Shown here: one piece after another, positions 44,401 to 54,581 of the stretch
How the letters are laid out: each line of letters begins with the position of its first letter
How positions within the stretch are numbered: the first letter of the stretch is position 1
Origin: a virus
IMG/VR virus record: IMGVR_UViG_3300020034_000008
Location: 1 to 64,000 of that record
Direction: 5' to 3' (one strand)
Length of the DNA: 64,000 nucleotides
The notes under the pieces: model-generated
Database searches by the model: none
Seen by the model: only the letters and a program-made list of their open reading frames with translations
Told to the model about the DNA's origin: nothing
Translations under genes and position numbers: made by a program

Positions 44401-46148
44401 ACAATGTTTTAATCTCGTTGACTGGTAGCACTACCATCACTAATGCGGCTGGATTTAATTTTGCAATTTTCAATGCGCCATCACTACTTGGTGCCAGCCC
44501 TGTTACGGTAACGCATGCCGGTACCTTGGTAGTGTCTGGCCCACCAAATCCTGGCCCGAATATAACTATTACGAATGGGTATGCGTTTTGGGTAAGGTCT
44601 GGCACCACGAAGCTTGCTGGTACTGTTATAGCTGGATCTTTAAATGGAATGTTGAAAGGTGTAAGTGGTACATTAACTGTTGCCACAGGTGGAACCGATT
44701 TTGCCTTGCCATCAGTCAATATAATAGCCGGTACCGGTCTTACTGGTGGTGGCACTATTGCAACAGATGTTACTTTGAATGTTATTGCTAACGCAGATAA
44801 CTCTATAGTCGTAAACGCTAACGATATACAAGTTGGAGTTATAAACGATACACAACATGGCAATCGTGGCAACGGAGCTTTACATACAGTAGCTACCACA
44901 TCTGTAAATGGATTCTTTGCTGCAACAGATAAAAGCACACTTGCTAACTCTAAATTCTTTGTTGGCAACTCAACTAATGCACCAGCCTCTGCTCAAAATC
45001 TAGGTGCTCTAGCATCAGGCATGTTGAAGCACACTGTATCTACAGGTACATCAACTATTGCTGTTGCTGTCTCTGGCACAGATTTTGAGTTACCACTGAC
45101 GTTTAGCACAGGACTAACGAGAGCTACTCAAACTATCACTGTTGACTTATCTACAGGCAAAGGCACAGGTCAAAGTGTGTATGGTGGTCTTACTTCAGGT
45201 GATCTAACACTTCACTCTAATACTAGTTCTAATGGAAAGATTTTCTTTAGCTCAAGTAACAATGGGTTTAATGAGTCTACAGGTAATTTTTGGCTTGGGC
45301 TATCTTCTCCAATTAGTTCTGCTCTGGTCCATATAAATCGTGATAGTAATGCTATTAATGAGTTGTTTAACACCAATCCAAACACAGGTGGTGCTGCTGG
45401 TTCAGCGTTTATACTTGGATTAGATATAACTAGTGATACAACCAAATATTTACAAATGAAAATGTTTGGTACTTCTTTTACAACGTCGGGTCTTATATCT
45501 GCCCAGGCAGGTATAATTGAACATAAACCATCAAACGGTGCGCCATTTTTACTTAGTCAAGCTGGTACTGGTGATGTTGTATGGACTACTACTAGTAGTG
45601 TTACAGAGAGAATGCGGCTGTTTAATAATGGACACTTTCAGATCGGATCGGTAGCAACTGACCAAGCTGCTCAATTCTCTCTGACTGGTACGTCAACTAC
45701 GGCCCAGGTAATGCGTTTGAAGACAACACCAGCTACACTAACTGCGTCTACGAGTTTAGTGCTTAACGCCTATAGCTGGGATCCAGTAACAGTTACTTTG
45801 TCGGGTGGAACTAACGTAGACACATCATCTGGGTTAAATCTTATCAGCATAAATTCTCCTAATTATACAAACAGTAGTGCTATGACAGTTAAAAATGCTG
45901 CAACTCTAGCTATTACTGGAGCGCCTGGTGGTGGTGGAAGTCTCAGTATTACCAATCGTTACGCGTTTTGGGTGCAAAATAATTTGTCCAGATTTGACGG
46001 CAATTTTGCATCTCCGTGGTTCGTTATTTTTGAGGTACCGGATCAAACATCACCTGCTGAACTTGGTACACCATTTAAAACCTTACCTGTTAAGGTGGTT
46101 GGTGATTCTACTGTTTATCACATTTTGTTATACACTGATGCTGGTTAA
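41469..46148 (+). CDS. long tail fibre protein with internal modular repeats
   Basis: 1559 aa, Gly/Thr/Ser-rich, recurring SKF.VQGT...AQ.LGAL..G..K...GTD.E.PLTF modules. Confidence 0.8.
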   Translation: MGAVVQINAVSTRVKDVPFGVAVSLLNASLGGVTSQKWEVVAYSQDIYGNEPDPANYSGWTLTGKIFSRTQSGTYPAVTFTPDISGNYIIRLTDTTNVDPLLWTIQTAVVRVKDQLSGGYIPAPGENDEVDTDRGWSLERNQDLRIQARFAAYGGHMRVVNLTGSTIARGKICKVIGFTDMHTVGGSAVPGGSTVRRERIAKVQVANSSDSDATNAVYVLVTEPAGLLNNGTSYALRNGMFEGVNPSTGGVSVNFSGFTVAALVYLNTTGDIVSAPAGSNTVAIGRCIENGSDGDMLFDGSFSRSFTSKFIVQGTVDSQLPNAQFLGALGTGLVKNTTTTGVLSIAASGTDYEVPLTFSTPGNTRTGNNVTADYITGKAGNQQWYGGFASGDGLTIDANFNATKGPLRLNAARMGFNRVAGSSNMYDFDLTQTFNQDDTTTLDAFFIRGSTVTFNEDININSATRVAYVSIGQPTFLNAFDNDIGPTPDGISTLWIEGEPICDGWDDEENKWAVYVKSGDVRAASGNVWVGGFSGVQLDRNGNQAIQKLIGGSLSVVNLVPSQPLNFGVSGNTLAVRITTPSGNVGLSVAPGAANRLRVNSSQTVASGASATLDSVYFDPSTITITGVTTIATALGFNQHTFAAPVLNGAVTIGVAATVAISGAPSGTATITQPLSLWVQAGNVRIASLNGLLKGTTGIVGVATAGTDYSLPIAAADTTVIFPTATTVRVNLLPSKFVVQGTTDTMLPNAQFLGALGTGLVKNTTTTGVLSIAAAGTDFESPLTFNSGLTRATNTVTNDLFTGKGAGQSVVGATSNGGFLTLSSSSGTKGLINFGASNYDELGNVLNVIGSSTSQNTPVVTVQSTSASGVAPIHFKINGVLRGGLRGDSSGSMTWFAQGANHYFLTGGEFGVGSIKAKIFANGNFLVSDPGVSFDATDSGAQFGTSGTSSGSQVTRFATNPASIVAASGAALDAHSWDNVLISLTGSTTITNAAGFNFAIFNAPSLLGASPVTVTHAGTLVVSGPPNPGPNITITNGYAFWVRSGTTKLAGTVIAGSLNGMLKGVSGTLTVATGGTDFALPSVNIIAGTGLTGGGTIATDVTLNVIANADNSIVVNANDIQVGVINDTQHGNRGNGALHTVATTSVNGFFAATDKSTLANSKFFVGNSTNAPASAQNLGALASGMLKHTVSTGTSTIAVAVSGTDFELPLTFSTGLTRATQTITVDLSTGKGTGQSVYGGLTSGDLTLHSNTSSNGKIFFSSSNNGFNESTGNFWLGLSSPISSALVHINRDSNAINELFNTNPNTGGAAGSAFILGLDITSDTTKYLQMKMFGTSFTTSGLISAQAGIIEHKPSNGAPFLLSQAGTGDVVWTTTSSVTERMRLFNNGHFQIGSVATDQAAQFSLTGTSTTAQVMRLKTTPATLTASTSLVLNAYSWDPVTVTLSGGTNVDTSSGLNLISINSPNYTNSSAMTVKNAATLAITGAPGGGGSLSITNRYAFWVQNNLSRFDGNFASPWFVIFEVPDQTSPAELGTPFKTLPVKVVGDSTVYHILLYTDAG

Positions 46149-46190
46149 TAGTTTCCTAGTCAGTAGTTATAAATAAAAGGCGAAGTAACT

Positions 46191-46664
46191 GTGTCCCTAA
46201 TTGAACAAAGGAAAATGAACATGGGAAAAGAAGCCAGGAACAAGAAGGAAGCATCGGTAATTGTTAGTCCTATTGAGTTAACAGATCGTGAAAGATTTTT
46301 TCTCTTTATGTGGATGGAGCAAGCTGTTCCGTCAACTGAGATTGAAGATAAACGTCGATACACTGAAACGTACGAGCAGCTTAAGCTAGACGAAATTCAG
46401 GAAGAGATTGTAACGCTTGGTGGCAAAGGCACAACAAATCTTGAATTTAAATTTGAACACTCTGATCTTAGAAAGGAACCAGGTACTGGTAGCTTGTTCG
46501 ACATTACTAAAGCTACTAGCGATTATATGAATAAATTCTTCACAGCAAAAGAACCACCTATGTCTGGTCCTTATGTTCGTCATCTTCTTCCTGTGCAGGA
46601 GAGAACTATTCTGTACTCTGCTGGCAACTACAAGGTTCCATCACAATTGAAAGAGGTTGGATAA
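46191..46664 (+). CDS. hypothetical protein, possible fibre chaperone
   Basis: Directly downstream of the fibre gene; charged. Confidence 0.55.
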   Translation: MSLIEQRKMNMGKEARNKKEASVIVSPIELTDRERFFLFMWMEQAVPSTEIEDKRRYTETYEQLKLDEIQEEIVTLGGKGTTNLEFKFEHSDLRKEPGTGSLFDITKATSDYMNKFFTAKEPPMSGPYVRHLLPVQERTILYSAGNYKVPSQLKEVG

Positions 46665-47035
46665 TGAAGAATTTTATTCTGTTATCTGCTATCGCTTTTA
46701 CACTTTCTTGCAGTCATATTCCACCAACAGTAGTTGACACTACACAGACGATCGCTGTCGATTGTTTGGCACCAGCAGTTAGAGATGTCGCTACGTCACT
46801 TCTAGACGACGTTGCTTCCGCTTTGCTTACTGGTGGCGATTGGAAAGCTGCTGTTAATAATATTGCTACTCGTATCAAGACTAATGGAATGGAAGCAGTT
46901 TGGTGTGCTGTTAATTACATTAAAGCAGAGGCAACAACTAAATTGTTTGCTAGCAAACGAATGGATGATGCAACAGTAGCACGACAGCAACTTATGTATG
47001 ACCGAGCTAGCGCTTGGTTAGCAGACCACAAGTGA
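46664..47035 (+). CDS. lipoprotein
   Basis: MKNFILLSAIAFTLS-C lipobox; helical mature part. Confidence 0.7.
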   Translation: MKNFILLSAIAFTLSCSHIPPTVVDTTQTIAVDCLAPAVRDVATSLLDDVASALLTGGDWKAAVNNIATRIKTNGMEAVWCAVNYIKAEATTKLFASKRMDDATVARQQLMYDRASAWLADHK

Positions 47036-47739
47036 GTGAAATAGCCGTCATAAACAGGTCACGTCTCTCTGACACGGAGGTTGCATTCATGACGGCTGGA
47101 TGCGACCTTCAGCTTAGAGAGCACTTCTTGCCTTTATGGGAGGGAGTCGAGTACACGCCTATTCGTTTTTATTCTAATGAAAAGGATTTGCCTCTAGTCT
47201 CAGATCTTGTTCGTTTGATGGTAATTGCTGACGTTATAGACGAGCCAGGTGCCTTGGGCTATCACACTATGGACCCAATGATTCACGGTATTGTGCTGGC
47301 TCAGTCTGATGGATCTACAAGTTCTATTTTATCACATGAGATTTTAGAGATGGCTGTAGATCCTCCAGCTAGTCGTTGGACTATGATGCCTGACGGGCGT
47401 TATGTTGCTGAAGAGATATGTGATCCTGTAGAAGCAGACTACTATCTTATAGATGTAGAAATATTTGGTGATAAGAAGCCTGTACTCGTTTCTGACTTCG
47501 TTACACCTGCGTGGTTCCTTAAAACAGGACTAGGCCCTTATAGTTACCTTGATCGTGCTCCTGCGCCGTTTATGTTGGCACCTGGTGGTTATATGATTGT
47601 GCGAGAGGGACATAATATATACGATGTATGGGCAGCTAAACCTGACGCATCAGTCAATACTGTCACACAGTCAGCCATAACCAGAGCACGCAAAGTGTGG
47701 TCACGCACAAGCAGGTTAAGAGCACGAGGCGTGCGATAA
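47032..47739 (+). CDS. putative metal-dependent hydrolase/peptidase-like protein
   Basis: GALGYH...SHEILEMAVDP...EICDPVE...VSDFVTP.WF motif set; GTGA overlap. Confidence 0.55.
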   Translation: MSEIAVINRSRLSDTEVAFMTAGCDLQLREHFLPLWEGVEYTPIRFYSNEKDLPLVSDLVRLMVIADVIDEPGALGYHTMDPMIHGIVLAQSDGSTSSILSHEILEMAVDPPASRWTMMPDGRYVAEEICDPVEADYYLIDVEIFGDKKPVLVSDFVTPAWFLKTGLGPYSYLDRAPAPFMLAPGGYMIVREGHNIYDVWAAKPDASVNTVTQSAITRARKVWSRTSRLRARGVR

Positions 47740-47743
47740 ACAA

Positions 47744-48124
47744 ATGGCAACTGGGTGGGGCAGGCAGTCGTGGGGGCCAGACGTTGGTGCTGGCGGTGGA
47801 TCTGCCGACAGTACCGGGCCTGTTATTACTAACGTTACTCCTGCACAAGGTGTACGACGTGGCTCAACACAGTCAGTTCAATTTGATGTTACAGACGATG
47901 TTGCTTTAAGAAGAGTCTTTCTTTACGCCAACTTCTCTGTTGACAAAGCATCAGAAGTTGTATGGAATGGTCTTATATTTTTATTCCCATACGGTCTGTC
48001 TATTCGTACAGAGCTTATAGCTGGCAGGTCTTATCGTTATATAATTAGTCGTCAAGGTGGTTGGCCAACAAATGATCTGGCTCTAACAGTTAATGCAATT
48101 GACTCGTCAGCTAATGAAGCATAA
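47744..48124 (+). CDS. Ig-like virion protein
   Basis: WG...WG start, D.TGP.ITNVTP...V.A.D...N. Confidence 0.55.
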   Translation: MATGWGRQSWGPDVGAGGGSADSTGPVITNVTPAQGVRRGSTQSVQFDVTDDVALRRVFLYANFSVDKASEVVWNGLIFLFPYGLSIRTELIAGRSYRYIISRQGGWPTNDLALTVNAIDSSANEA

Positions 48125-48595
48125 ATGCCTGTAACACTTACATGGCCAGTTACGCAGACCTTTGATGGTCAGACACAAACGTTTGGCCGTCATGTCTCGT
48201 TTCTTGGGAAAGGTCTACTATCTCCTTTACGTGAAGACAACACCACTGGAGATTTTCAGGTTGTAAGTGACGAGGCCAATGTGAAGCAGTGTCTGCGCGA
48301 TGGGATCCTTACAGCCATTGGTGAGCGAGTGATGTTGGAGCCATTCGGGACCATCACACCAACTTTGCTATTCGAAGAATCTGATGTTGTAGTAGACTTA
48401 CTGCAACCTTCTATAAGTGACTATGTACAACGATTTGAGCCTCGTGTGATTTTGCAGAGCGCTCAGGTAAACATGGATTCTGCTAATCCTGCTATGACAT
48501 CATTTAATGTATCAATTGTATACGTTATACGAGCAACTAATGCGAGACGTAACTTGGTTTTTCCGTTCTATCTAGCTAGCACAGATAGGGGATAG
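48125..48595 (+). CDS. baseplate wedge protein (gp25/GpW-like)
   Basis: T..GERVM...FG....LLFE...EPR, NLVFPFY. Confidence 0.9.
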   Translation: MPVTLTWPVTQTFDGQTQTFGRHVSFLGKGLLSPLREDNTTGDFQVVSDEANVKQCLRDGILTAIGERVMLEPFGTITPTLLFEESDVVVDLLQPSISDYVQRFEPRVILQSAQVNMDSANPAMTSFNVSIVYVIRATNARRNLVFPFYLASTDRG

Positions 48596-48597
48596 AG

Positions 48598-50607
48598 ATG
48601 TCATTGGCTACAGTTGGTGGATCTTCTCTACTAAGTAGAACCGGAAGTCCTGTTATCGACTACACAAGTCTTGACTTTGCGGCAATAAAAGATGACTTGA
48701 AGAAGTATGCGCAAGCCACATTCTCAGACAGATGGACAGACTTCAATCCTAGTCAGTTCGCTGTCGTATTTCTGGACTTGATTTCGTATATGGGTGACTT
48801 GCTAACGTTCAATCTGAATGCTGCAATACGAGAGGTAACAGCTTCAACTTGTCAGCGTAGAGAACACCTAGCACAGATCGCTAAGTCATTCGATTATTTT
48901 ATGGCTTCTGCTGGTCCTGCTAGTGGCGTTGTGCGGGTGAATGTAAACGCTGCCAATCTTCCTATGGCTATAATAGCTGCTACTCAGCAATGGTCTGCTG
49001 GCGATATTATATTCCAGCCTTCACAAGATATAACTCTAATTGCTGTTGCTTCTCCTATAGCTATTGACAACGGTGATGGTACTTGGGACTTCTTAATACC
49101 AGTTATAGAAGGTCAGCAACTGACAGACGTTACACTGGGAGTGTCTGATGGCACGCGTGAGCAGTCGTTTGCTTTAACTCAAACACCACTATTAGACAAT
49201 ACACTGGTTGTTAAGGTGAACGGTTCTGCTTGGAGCCGTGTAACTACATTTACTAATAGTGGGCCAACTGACACTGAATATTTGGCTGAAACAAATGATG
49301 ACGATAATACAACAATATTCTTTGGTGACAATGTAAACGGGAAGATTCCACCACTTGGTCAGACTGTCACAGCTACTTGGAAAGCTGGTGGTGGGCAACG
49401 TGGCAATGTAGGTATCGCTACAGTTACTACTATTACTACTCCTGTTACTGGTATGAATAGTGTCACTAACGATTCTATAATGACTGGTGGATCTGAGCGA
49501 GAGACACTTAGTCATGCACGTTCGGCTTTGCCAAAATCTTTAGTTGCTGGTGATAGAGCTATCTCTATTACGGACTATGCAATTGTTGCTAAGCATACTT
49601 CGACTAGTGTGCAAAAAGCTTCGGCTCGCTTTTCACAGGACGGAGTAGTTGAAGTGGCAATCGTGCCTAACGGCGGCGGGTTACCTGGTGACACACTTAA
49701 AGCTGCGGTATCTACTTATGTGTCTGCTCGCAAAGCTGTTGGCCAACGTATACGCATTATAGACCCGACGTATATAAAGATAGCTGTGTCTGTCGACGCT
49801 TACGTTGACCCATCTAGTGACAAGGTACTTGCTAAGCAGCGTGTATCTGACTTATTTCTTACTGCTGATAGTACCGATATTCAAGATGCTATTTTTGATT
49901 TGCCAAATGTTGGTTTTGGCGCAAGAGATGATGACCATCAACCACAGCTTACTATTCAGCGCGTCTACGATCTTCTGAATGAACTTAAAGCTGTAGGTAT
50001 ACCAAGCACTAGGCTTATATCATTTACGACTAGCCCTATAGCAGTGTCTGTTGGTGCTGCAACAGGTAATGGCACATTTACTTTTACTACAACTGATACT
50101 GGCGCTAAGAAGCGTAGGCAGTGGCGTGTAGTGTTTACGTCACCTACAACGTACACAGTTTATGAACGTGTTTTTGGTACTATAACATCTATTAATAAAG
50201 ATGTATTGACTGACGATCGTGGTGGATTTCCTGCTTTTCCTGTTGGGTCAAAGTTAAATCCAAATTCTACACAGTCGTCAACTTACGGTGTAGACATAGC
50301 TAGCTCAACAGACAAGACTGTTAAACGTATTGCGTCTGTTGGCACTCTGTTGACTGTTGCTAATGTAGGCGACTCATACTATGTAGAGTGGTTGGCTACT
50401 CCATCCGTAGGCACAGTTGGAGTTACCTTTGTGCCAACCGGTTCAGGTGTATCTTGGTCATTTGTTGCTGGCACCATTGCATATGTAAATGGAGATGAGT
50501 TCGTTGTAACTGTGTTTGCAGAGGTTGATGACTTAGTATTACCAGCAGACCAAGTGCCAACGTTAGCAGCTACTGACTTAATAGTAAACATAAGGACAGC
50601 CTTATGA
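48598..50607 (+). CDS. baseplate wedge protein (gp6/J-like)
   Basis: IDYTS.DF..IK, WTDFN.S, FGD..NG..PP, GGG..GNV, GG.ERE, RA....DY. Confidence 0.9.
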   Translation: MSLATVGGSSLLSRTGSPVIDYTSLDFAAIKDDLKKYAQATFSDRWTDFNPSQFAVVFLDLISYMGDLLTFNLNAAIREVTASTCQRREHLAQIAKSFDYFMASAGPASGVVRVNVNAANLPMAIIAATQQWSAGDIIFQPSQDITLIAVASPIAIDNGDGTWDFLIPVIEGQQLTDVTLGVSDGTREQSFALTQTPLLDNTLVVKVNGSAWSRVTTFTNSGPTDTEYLAETNDDDNTTIFFGDNVNGKIPPLGQTVTATWKAGGGQRGNVGIATVTTITTPVTGMNSVTNDSIMTGGSERETLSHARSALPKSLVAGDRAISITDYAIVAKHTSTSVQKASARFSQDGVVEVAIVPNGGGLPGDTLKAAVSTYVSARKAVGQRIRIIDPTYIKIAVSVDAYVDPSSDKVLAKQRVSDLFLTADSTDIQDAIFDLPNVGFGARDDDHQPQLTIQRVYDLLNELKAVGIPSTRLISFTTSPIAVSVGAATGNGTFTFTTTDTGAKKRRQWRVVFTSPTTYTVYERVFGTITSINKDVLTDDRGGFPAFPVGSKLNPNSTQSSTYGVDIASSTDKTVKRIASVGTLLTVANVGDSYYVEWLATPSVGTVGVTFVPTGSGVSWSFVAGTIAYVNGDEFVVTVFAEVDDLVLPADQVPTLAATDLIVNIRTAL

Positions 50608-53189
50608 GCACAACGCTTCTAGCTACCAATCCATTCACAGATAGTTTTACCGACAATATTGTTGGTTTGCCGTGGATTGCTCTACCGTCTCCGATGACAG
50701 CAGGCTGTACAATTACCGAGGCTAGTGGTGTAGAGACATTTACTATTACTTCCGGAACAGACGCTGCATTCACAGGTGTGTTTCCTGCACCACGTCTTGA
50801 GCTTCCAATCTTTGCTGAGGACCTTACAGGCATTGGTACTAGCGCCAATAACTTCATGGCTACGTTCAAGATCACAGTATTAACTGTGGTTGGCGTGGCT
50901 GGTAAGCGCGCTGTTGGAGGATTTGGACTGTGCAAAGTTAACCCTGATACTACACATTCACTTCTGCCAATTATAGAGTTTGGTGGCGACAATAACGCAA
51001 GTAAACGTGCCTATCATTCTTGGGGTGGAGCAATAGGCTCTGTTGCCGACGTTGCAATACCAAACTCTGGCACTTTACCACTGTTTGTTCGTGTTTTACG
51101 TTTGGACAACGTTGTTTACGCTGAGTATGCAACTACTGTTAGTGGCCCGTGGTTTAACTTAACCACGACTGCGGCTACCGGTAGTATGCCTCGTGTAAAT
51201 GGAACTGGTGGCGATTATGCTCGCGTTATGTTGTATGCGAGGAATGAGACTTCTGGATCTGGCATAACATTCTCTGTAGATGATTTTAGTATTACGTGTT
51301 GGCCACGTTATGCACAATCTGTTGTTGTAGCGAGTCTTAAAGCTAAGACATGGCAAGGTGGAAGTAGAATTGATTTGTCATGGACTAACCCTGGCACTGG
51401 TGAAAATGTGCCTAGGTATATGTCTATTAGACGATCTCGTTATGGTCACCCAGAATTACATCCACATCTATATATTGGTGCTGCTCCTGTTGGACTTGGT
51501 ATTAATACGTTTGGTGAAGAGATTTATTCAGGTGTACCTATATCGTCCTTTACAGATACTGTGTTAACAGATCGGTTTTATTACTACACAATCTTTATGA
51601 CTCGTGCTCCTCTTGCTGCAAACTTTGCAACTGACGCAGGAACTGTAGCTCAGTTTGCTAATCAAGCCTCCGATACAGACTGGGGGCCACAAGCTGGGCT
51701 GCAGAACAAAGTCACTGGCTTGTCTGTTCGTGACTACTATGCAAGCAGTGGACCTTACATGTACGAACGATTCCCACAGACATACAGAGCACAGGATGAA
51801 CAGGATCGTGTAGACATAGGCGCTGCACGAGGTTTGTTAGATAAGTGGTCTGAGTTTGCACAGGCAGGTATTGACGAGTACCGAGCTATAATTAAAGGTG
51901 CTGGTTTAATTCGTGATGCTGACAAAGCACCATTAGGCATGGTTGGAGATAACTTTGATCAAACATCTATTGTCGATTCTTTTTTAAGAGACCGTGGTAT
52001 CAATCCTTCTTTGCCGGCACTAGACGCGCTTACCAAGAGAAGACTCTGGCTTGGAGCTATAGGCTGTTTTAAATTGGGTGGTTCGCACGACGGCGTATGT
52101 AACTTTGCGAAGCTGATCACTGGTTGGCGTACGTTGACGTGTGAGGAGCCTGGCGGCGATACATCGTCACGCTATCTACGAACGTGGGACGAAGTTTACG
52201 TTAAAGACACGTTCAATATTGCCAAGACATCTTTAACTTACACGGCAGGACAGGTTGTCATTGCTGGTGGCACACTTACTCCATCTAAATACAAAGGTAG
52301 TTACTACGTTGACTACTTCGGCAATGTTAAGTTGATTATAGACAATACAGCAACTACTATCACATTCGTAGACACTTCGTGGGTAGGATACCCAGAGGTT
52401 GTATTTACAGGTATTAAGAATGGAGCTAACGGAGTAGATATAACATCTGGATGGCACTTTGCTGCACATCCTAATGACTGGTCTTACGATGGCGCAAAGA
52501 TTTTACCGTCGGCTGATAACACTGTTAGGACTATAACATTAACTGATTACACGCCTACAGGCCCAAGTTTTCAAGTCACTGCTGCACCGCCTGCTGGATC
52601 AACTTCTTATGCAGTCGCTAGTGCAATCACTGCTGGTGGTAGTTTTGCGGCTCGTGTTGTTACTCACCAATTTCACTTGTACTCTGGTCTTCCGACCTGG
52701 CTGTATAATCCAAAGAGTGATTTGGCTCTTATTGGAACAGTAACTGATCCGTTCTACGTGATGTGGCTGGGCACTAATTATTACGGTAGTGGTACTCGCG
52801 TTACAGCAGGCATACGTGACTACCTGATTCGAGTGCCTACAGGTGCGGCTAAATATGCGTCTCTTGCAGTCCTGTCCACTATCGGAGCTACAAACGAAAT
52901 TTGGTTTACTACTGCGGACTTATCTGGTGCTACTGTACTACCAGGGGATTACGTAAACCCGAATCGAAACCAAGGCCAGTGGTTCCGTATCGTACATGTA
53001 GTTGTAAGCGGTGGTACAACAAAAATGCGTGTAGAGCCAGTCTCTGGAATGGATCCTGCAGCACTAGCGACTGTGGGCGACATAGCTATTATTGCACCTA
53101 GAGTAACTGTAGACAGGGATCGTTTTGTGCGCTCTATACTCCCACTCATTCTACCTGCTGGCAGTGTTCTGTTTGTTTACTACAACTAA
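50604..53189 (+). CDS. baseplate wedge/tail protein (gp7/P2 I-like) with N-terminal lectin-like domain
   Basis: Follows the J-like gene; Y..FP..YR..D, K.GG..G......ITGW, ILP.G C-terminus. Confidence 0.65.
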   Translation: MSTTLLATNPFTDSFTDNIVGLPWIALPSPMTAGCTITEASGVETFTITSGTDAAFTGVFPAPRLELPIFAEDLTGIGTSANNFMATFKITVLTVVGVAGKRAVGGFGLCKVNPDTTHSLLPIIEFGGDNNASKRAYHSWGGAIGSVADVAIPNSGTLPLFVRVLRLDNVVYAEYATTVSGPWFNLTTTAATGSMPRVNGTGGDYARVMLYARNETSGSGITFSVDDFSITCWPRYAQSVVVASLKAKTWQGGSRIDLSWTNPGTGENVPRYMSIRRSRYGHPELHPHLYIGAAPVGLGINTFGEEIYSGVPISSFTDTVLTDRFYYYTIFMTRAPLAANFATDAGTVAQFANQASDTDWGPQAGLQNKVTGLSVRDYYASSGPYMYERFPQTYRAQDEQDRVDIGAARGLLDKWSEFAQAGIDEYRAIIKGAGLIRDADKAPLGMVGDNFDQTSIVDSFLRDRGINPSLPALDALTKRRLWLGAIGCFKLGGSHDGVCNFAKLITGWRTLTCEEPGGDTSSRYLRTWDEVYVKDTFNIAKTSLTYTAGQVVIAGGTLTPSKYKGSYYVDYFGNVKLIIDNTATTITFVDTSWVGYPEVVFTGIKNGANGVDITSGWHFAAHPNDWSYDGAKILPSADNTVRTITLTDYTPTGPSFQVTAAPPAGSTSYAVASAITAGGSFAARVVTHQFHLYSGLPTWLYNPKSDLALIGTVTDPFYVMWLGTNYYGSGTRVTAGIRDYLIRVPTGAAKYASLAVLSTIGATNEIWFTTADLSGATVLPGDYVNPNRNQGQWFRIVHVVVSGGTTKMRVEPVSGMDPAALATVGDIAIIAPRVTVDRDRFVRSILPLILPAGSVLFVYYN

Positions 53190-53198
53190 GGGGTAGTT

Positions 53199-54581
53199 AT
53201 GGCTGACGTTACACAGAACACATTCGACGAGACAAAGAAGTATGTTAAAACTATATTTCAACGTGGTCGTAATGTACTCGATTCAGAGTTAAATGAATTA
53301 CAAGACGATGCCCGCGTAAATTTCTATCGAGAGATGCAAGTTGTTTTTGGTACAGACCTTGTAGTTAAAAGTGCTGTTTCTTTTGCTATAACTGGTGGTA
53401 CAAATCAAATTACTATTGCCGCTGGTATAGGTTCTGCTTACGGCTATATAATTAGTCAAGCGTCACCTATAAACGTAACTGGTCTTACAACGCCTGGTGG
53501 TGCCAGAACAGACTGTGTATGGCTGTCTATTTCAGAGAGTGAAATAGATAGCGTTGCTGATCCAGCAATTGCTACTGCTGCTCTTGGAGAAACCACACGA
53601 AGATCTAAACTTGTAATTGGTTGGGGCGTAACTGAGAACTCTCTAGTGCCTCCAGCAAATACAGGTGAACCGTGGGCTGTAGGTGTTGTCTATATACGAG
53701 TTGCATTATTGTCTCGTATAGCATCAGTGACTATAGATAGCTCAATGATATACGATCGTAAACAACTATTTCGCCAGTATATTGGTAGTCTGTCAGCAGA
53801 CTTTGTACCTATTACTAGTTATTTATATGACGATGTATCTCACTCAAATGTAGACAGACTTGGTTTCGACAACTTTGGAGCGGTAGGTAATTGGAGAGAA
53901 GACTGGAGTTGGAAGGCTAGCTCTGGTTCATCGGACTATGCTGCTAGAAACTACACGTTTCTGTCTAATGGTACAGGGTCTGCTCTACGTGATCCTCCTG
54001 TTGCAGGCATAGAGTTTGGCACTGGTATAACTATACGCTGTGGTGTTGGAGAAGCGTCAGGTAAATACGCACAAGTCAAACAAAACTGGCTTATAAGTCC
54101 TAATACAAAAACTCTATTCGCTATAGAGTGGTCTGTTATATACGGAGGTACAGAAGTAGCAGGGTTTGGTGCCGCTACTACACAAATATTTCGTTGTGGA
54201 TTAGCTGATACTCTTACAACAGGTGTACCTTCTGTTGCTGCTGCTTACTTTGAGTGGAGTGGGCCTTCACTAGCTGAGTGGAATGCAAAGGTTGTCGGGG
54301 CGAGTAGCAGTGGTGCTTTTACAGCCGTGTCTGGTGGCACAGCGCCTAGACACTTTAGAATCGAGATAATAGGATCTGCTGCTGACTCACTTTCTGCATC
54401 TCGTGTAAATTTTTACATTGATAACAGGTTAGTAGACTCAAACACGTCTTCTTACCCTTCTACTGGCACACTAGGTTTCTTTTGTTCTGCTGTGTCTACA
54501 GGTACAACTGTGATTGACACAATGGTAATTTCAGATGTTCGTGCAGCGTGGCGCCGAATGGTTACTCCATCTAAACGCTAA
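53199..54581 (+). CDS. baseplate-anchored tail fibre/spike protein
   Basis: N-terminal FD..K.Y...FQ.GR..LDSELNELQD motif; C-terminal beta-sandwich. Confidence 0.7.
   Translation: MADVTQNTFDETKKYVKTIFQRGRNVLDSELNELQDDARVNFYREMQVVFGTDLVVKSAVSFAITGGTNQITIAAGIGSAYGYIISQASPINVTGLTTPGGARTDCVWLSISESEIDSVADPAIATAALGETTRRSKLVIGWGVTENSLVPPANTGEPWAVGVVYIRVALLSRIASVTIDSSMIYDRKQLFRQYIGSLSADFVPITSYLYDDVSHSNVDRLGFDNFGAVGNWREDWSWKASSGSSDYAARNYTFLSNGTGSALRDPPVAGIEFGTGITIRCGVGEASGKYAQVKQNWLISPNTKTLFAIEWSVIYGGTEVAGFGAATTQIFRCGLADTLTTGVPSVAAAYFEWSGPSLAEWNAKVVGASSSGAFTAVSGGTAPRHFRIEIIGSAADSLSASRVNFYIDNRLVDSNTSSYPSTGTLGFFCSAVSTGTTVIDTMVISDVRAAWRRMVTPSKR

Noticed and set aside
46168-46179. T4-type late promoter TATAAATA (also near 4391)
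   Set aside because: Only two occurrences noticed, both in AT-rich context and not ahead of the main structural genes
31869-54581. Bacterial contractile injection system/tailocin rather than phage
   Set aside because: Terminase, portal, scaffold, capsid, tRNAs and ligase are contiguous, indicating a complete phage
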